From NCBI GenBank assembly GCA_043767805.1, contig JAYUGC010000056.1:1-36506 (forward strand): a stretch of DNA of 36,506 nucleotides. Direction: 5' to 3'. The DNA comes from Pseudomonadota bacterium. Its GTDB lineage: Bacteria; Bdellovibrionota; FAC87; UBA2466. Positions 34,024 through 36,506 of this stretch are shown here, one piece after another. A program made the translations under genes and the position numbers. The notes under the pieces are model-generated. The model was not told the origin of the DNA and made no database searches. It worked only from the letters and a program-made list of their open reading frames with translations. The stretch's first letter is position 1. Each line of letters begins with the position of its first letter.

Positions 34024-34333
34024 ATAGTTAATCTGGCGACACGGAACGGAAAGTCAAATCCAGCCGGGCTAAGCTGTTAATTCAATGAGGTTAAGCCCTT
34101 CTCAGGAGAGGACGTTTGAAAGCGCATTTGCGTGAGATTTGCGCCGCATTTCTCGTGTTATTCTAGTACCTGACCGCTTCCGGACAAGCCTGAAAAACCG
34201 GTGCGGGTCTTTCCACAATTGCTGCATTTTTGCTGCACCGCGAGCCGCTACCCTTCTCGTAGGGGTTGATCCGTTACATGGCCTCCGCATATGGGCTCCG
34301 CCCACTAACCGCCAAATTCTTGGACAATAAAAT

Positions 34334-35116
34334 ATGGCAATCAAACCGAACAAACAGGAATTTACACCTGAAGGCGAAGCTCCGCCTGAAGAAGACTTCA
34401 CGTCTTCCATGGATTTGAAAGCGGCGGGCCTGGACCGCGGTCCGCGTGGTAGCAAGATCAACGAGCTCATGGCGCGGATGCGGGTTCACACCGCCATCCT
34501 TCGCGCCAAAAGCGGGCTCGTTTATCAGCAGCTGAAAGCGAAAAAGCTGCACTACGCGATTCCACTCGTCATCGCGGCGCCTCTCGCTTTCTTCGGTTAT
34601 CAAATGTTTGCTCCTAAGGAGCCCGCGCCGATGGCGATGCAGCGCCGGGCGCCGAGACAGGAGCCGGTAGCGGCTCCCGTGGAAGCTCCGCCTCCCGCGG
34701 TGGAAGCGAACAACCCGCCGCCTGAAGCGGTGGCTCCGCCTCCGCAACAAGCGCAGAATATTCCGCCCCCGCAAGCCGAAGTAGCGCTGCCTCCGCGCCC
34801 GGCCGCCGTGCAACCGCCTCCGGCGGCTCGTACCGCGACCAAAGCGCCGGCCAAGGCCGCGGTCGCGACCCGCGTGACCACGACCAAGGGTAAGACCGCT
34901 GCCGCGACCACTTCGAAGAAAACGATTAAAACCGCTTCCGCGAAGAAGGCCGTCGGCAAAACGGCTGCCAAGAAAACCGCCGCGACCACGAAAAAAGGCG
35001 CGACGAAGAAAACCGCCGCAAAAACCGCCGCCGCGAAACGGACGGTAGCCAGCAAGACCAAAGCGAAAGCGACGGCTAAGAAAACGGCGAAGAAGAAAAA
35101 GTCCGCGGAAGACTAA
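34334..35116 (+). CDS. Single-pass membrane protein with Pro-rich linker and histone H1-like K/A/T-rich tail
   Basis: TM YAIPLVIAAPLAFFGYQMF, PPP-rich segment, repeated KKTAA/KTAAKK. Confidence 0.8.
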   Translation: MAIKPNKQEFTPEGEAPPEEDFTSSMDLKAAGLDRGPRGSKINELMARMRVHTAILRAKSGLVYQQLKAKKLHYAIPLVIAAPLAFFGYQMFAPKEPAPMAMQRRAPRQEPVAAPVEAPPPAVEANNPPPEAVAPPPQQAQNIPPPQAEVALPPRPAAVQPPPAARTATKAPAKAAVATRVTTTKGKTAAATTSKKTIKTASAKKAVGKTAAKKTAATTKKGATKKTAAKTAAAKRTVASKTKAKATAKKTAKKKKSAED

Positions 35117-36506
35117 TACCAGAGGCCGAGGATCTCCAGCTGCTGGTCGGTCAAACCGTCCTTCAGAGATCTCAGGTATCTCTCTTGCGTTTCCATGCGG
35201 TGAAAGAAGCCGTAGAGAACGTTGATGCCGAGCTTTCCCACCGCTTCCTGACGGGCGAGCGGATCGCTTTGCTTCAATTCGAACTCGATACCAACGAGAA
35301 CGGGCGTTTCGCCCATCCACTTCTCGCCCATGACGCCAATCCAGCCGCGATTGCCTTCCACAAGTGAGACCACCACGAATTTGCGGTGAGGCAGGTGATA
35401 GGCCACGTGCGGGTACTCCGCTTTGAGGAGGGCTTCAACGCGCTCGCGAGGGTCCGCGCCCATCGCTTGAGCGCCGTAGCGGCCTTTGGCGTCGTCAGTG
35501 CCCTTGTAATAGAGCGCTTGGAAAATGGTGTGCGCGTAAGGCGCTTCGAAGAGGCGGCCCGAAATGCGTTGGCCTCCTCCGATTTCGAGGAGCGTGCCTT
35601 TCAACTCGTCGAAGACGTTGATGCGGCGGGCTTTCCACTCCGCAAGATCGGTCAAAGGCTTTACCGGATCTTTGGTCGAGCGAGCGGGTGGGGGTGAGGG
35701 AGCTAGCGCCGATCGCCATAAAGCTTCCGCTCGCGAGGCATTTGCCTCGGTGGAGACGAGAGTCCATTTGTCTACTTGTGGCGATTCGCCCGTCCCGACT
35801 TCAGCCGCTTCTCCCGCGAAGGAGAAGGCGTCGACGACAATGCCGTCGGGATTAAACAATAAGTAAGGCGTTGCGCCGAGGTGTAGGAGCGGCCAGCCCT
35901 TTTCGAGGGCGAGCAGAGGGTGATCCACTGGGGCCTCGACTCGAACGTAGTCGATGATGACGTGTTCATGATTGATGCCGTCAAAAAGCGACTTCACGAA
36001 GACCTCGGGGTTCTCGAAATAGTGATGAATGGCGTAAGCCAGGTTGATGCCCACTTTTCCCAACGTGTCTTTTTGGGAGGTGCCAGAAGGATCGAGCAGA
36101 CGAATATGAAGGCGCACGCCGACGGCGTTTCCGTCGGCGGTGAGGCGAGTGCGTACGCCGATCCAGGCCTGACCGTTGTTTCGGTTGGTCGCCGCGGTGT
36201 TGGCGATCGCAAACGGAATCTCGTGCGATTTGGGCTTCAAGCTGTCCCACTCGACATCGAGCTGCCGCATGAGTCGCTTTTCGCTGATGTAGTGTTTCGC
36301 CTGAAAATCAGGTCCGGCTTTGCCGTAACGTAGATCACTCGCCATGCGATCGTAGGGAGACAGCGCGAGCAACTGAACGCTGGGATTGGCGCGAAGTAAG
36401 CTCTCGGAAAGTTTTTGAGCCGCGCCGATTTCCGACGTCACGACAGTGAAGTTGGGCTCTTTCGCGAGCCATTCGGTTTTCGCCTGGATCGTCGCGCGAG
36501 GCGCGA
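35113..36506 (-). CDS. Hypothetical protein with two tandem divergent EIGAGQ-type domains; 5' end outside the window
   Basis: Frame is open to the window edge (APRATIQAKTEWLAKEPNFTVVTSEIGAAQ). Internal duplication: EIGAAQ/EIGGGQ, AWIGV/GWIGV, LGKVGINLAY/VGKLGINVLY, KSLFDGI/RSLKDGL. Confidence 0.8.
   Translation of the reverse strand, partial: APRATIQAKTEWLAKEPNFTVVTSEIGAAQKLSESLLRANPSVQLLALSPYDRMASDLRYGKAGPDFQAKHYISEKRLMRQLDVEWDSLKPKSHEIPFAIANTAATNRNNGQAWIGVRTRLTADGNAVGVRLHIRLLDPSGTSQKDTLGKVGINLAYAIHHYFENPEVFVKSLFDGINHEHVIIDYVRVEAPVDHPLLALEKGWPLLHLGATPYLLFNPDGIVVDAFSFAGEAAEVGTGESPQVDKWTLVSTEANASRAEALWRSALAPSPPPARSTKDPVKPLTDLAEWKARRINVFDELKGTLLEIGGGQRISGRLFEAPYAHTIFQALYYKGTDDAKGRYGAQAMGADPRERVEALLKAEYPHVAYHLPHRKFVVVSLVEGNRGWIGVMGEKWMGETPVLVGIEFELKQSDPLARQEAVGKLGINVLYGFFHRMETQERYLRSLKDGLTDQQLEILGLWY

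Noticed and set aside
34024..34333. Possible riboswitch or ncRNA in the lon divergent intergenic region
   Set aside because: Only short hairpins, with no recognisable riboswitch, tRNA or CIRCE consensus.
34274..35320. 348-aa and 153-aa minus-strand ORFs
   Set aside because: Antisense products of the low-complexity K/A/P-rich gene.

Overview
GC-rich bacterial chromosomal window. The gene mix (many orphan secreted or lipoproteins, secreted hydrolases, housekeeping genes) suggests a Bdellovibrionota/deltaproteobacterium-like organism, but that is inference only. Housekeeping genes: purK (partial), pepP, DUF47-pit, hslO, pckA, a D-amino-acid aminotransferase-like gene, pirin, tpx, OsmC and lon. 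Secreted hydrolases: a thermonuclease, an M14 carboxypeptidase, a C25 gingipain-like protease and a zincin. I found no rRNA, tRNA, CRISPR array, transposase or integrase. Features missing from the ORF track: a 203-bp element with ~58-bp inverted arms (6028-6230); an orphan gene bracketed by hairpins and an 11-bp inverted repeat; four sigma54-type promoters, all in front of orphan secreted proteins; a recurring leaderless architecture (-10 box 6-7 nt before ATG); an in-frame internally deleted DUF486/DMT mini-gene; a more AT-rich accessory segment with a 54-bp periodic motif, followed by a cluster of gene remnants (HtrA-type PDZ, HEPN, SDR); and a protein made of a tandemly duplicated EIGAGQ domain at the right edge. 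No complete novel multi-gene system can be established from the sequence alone.
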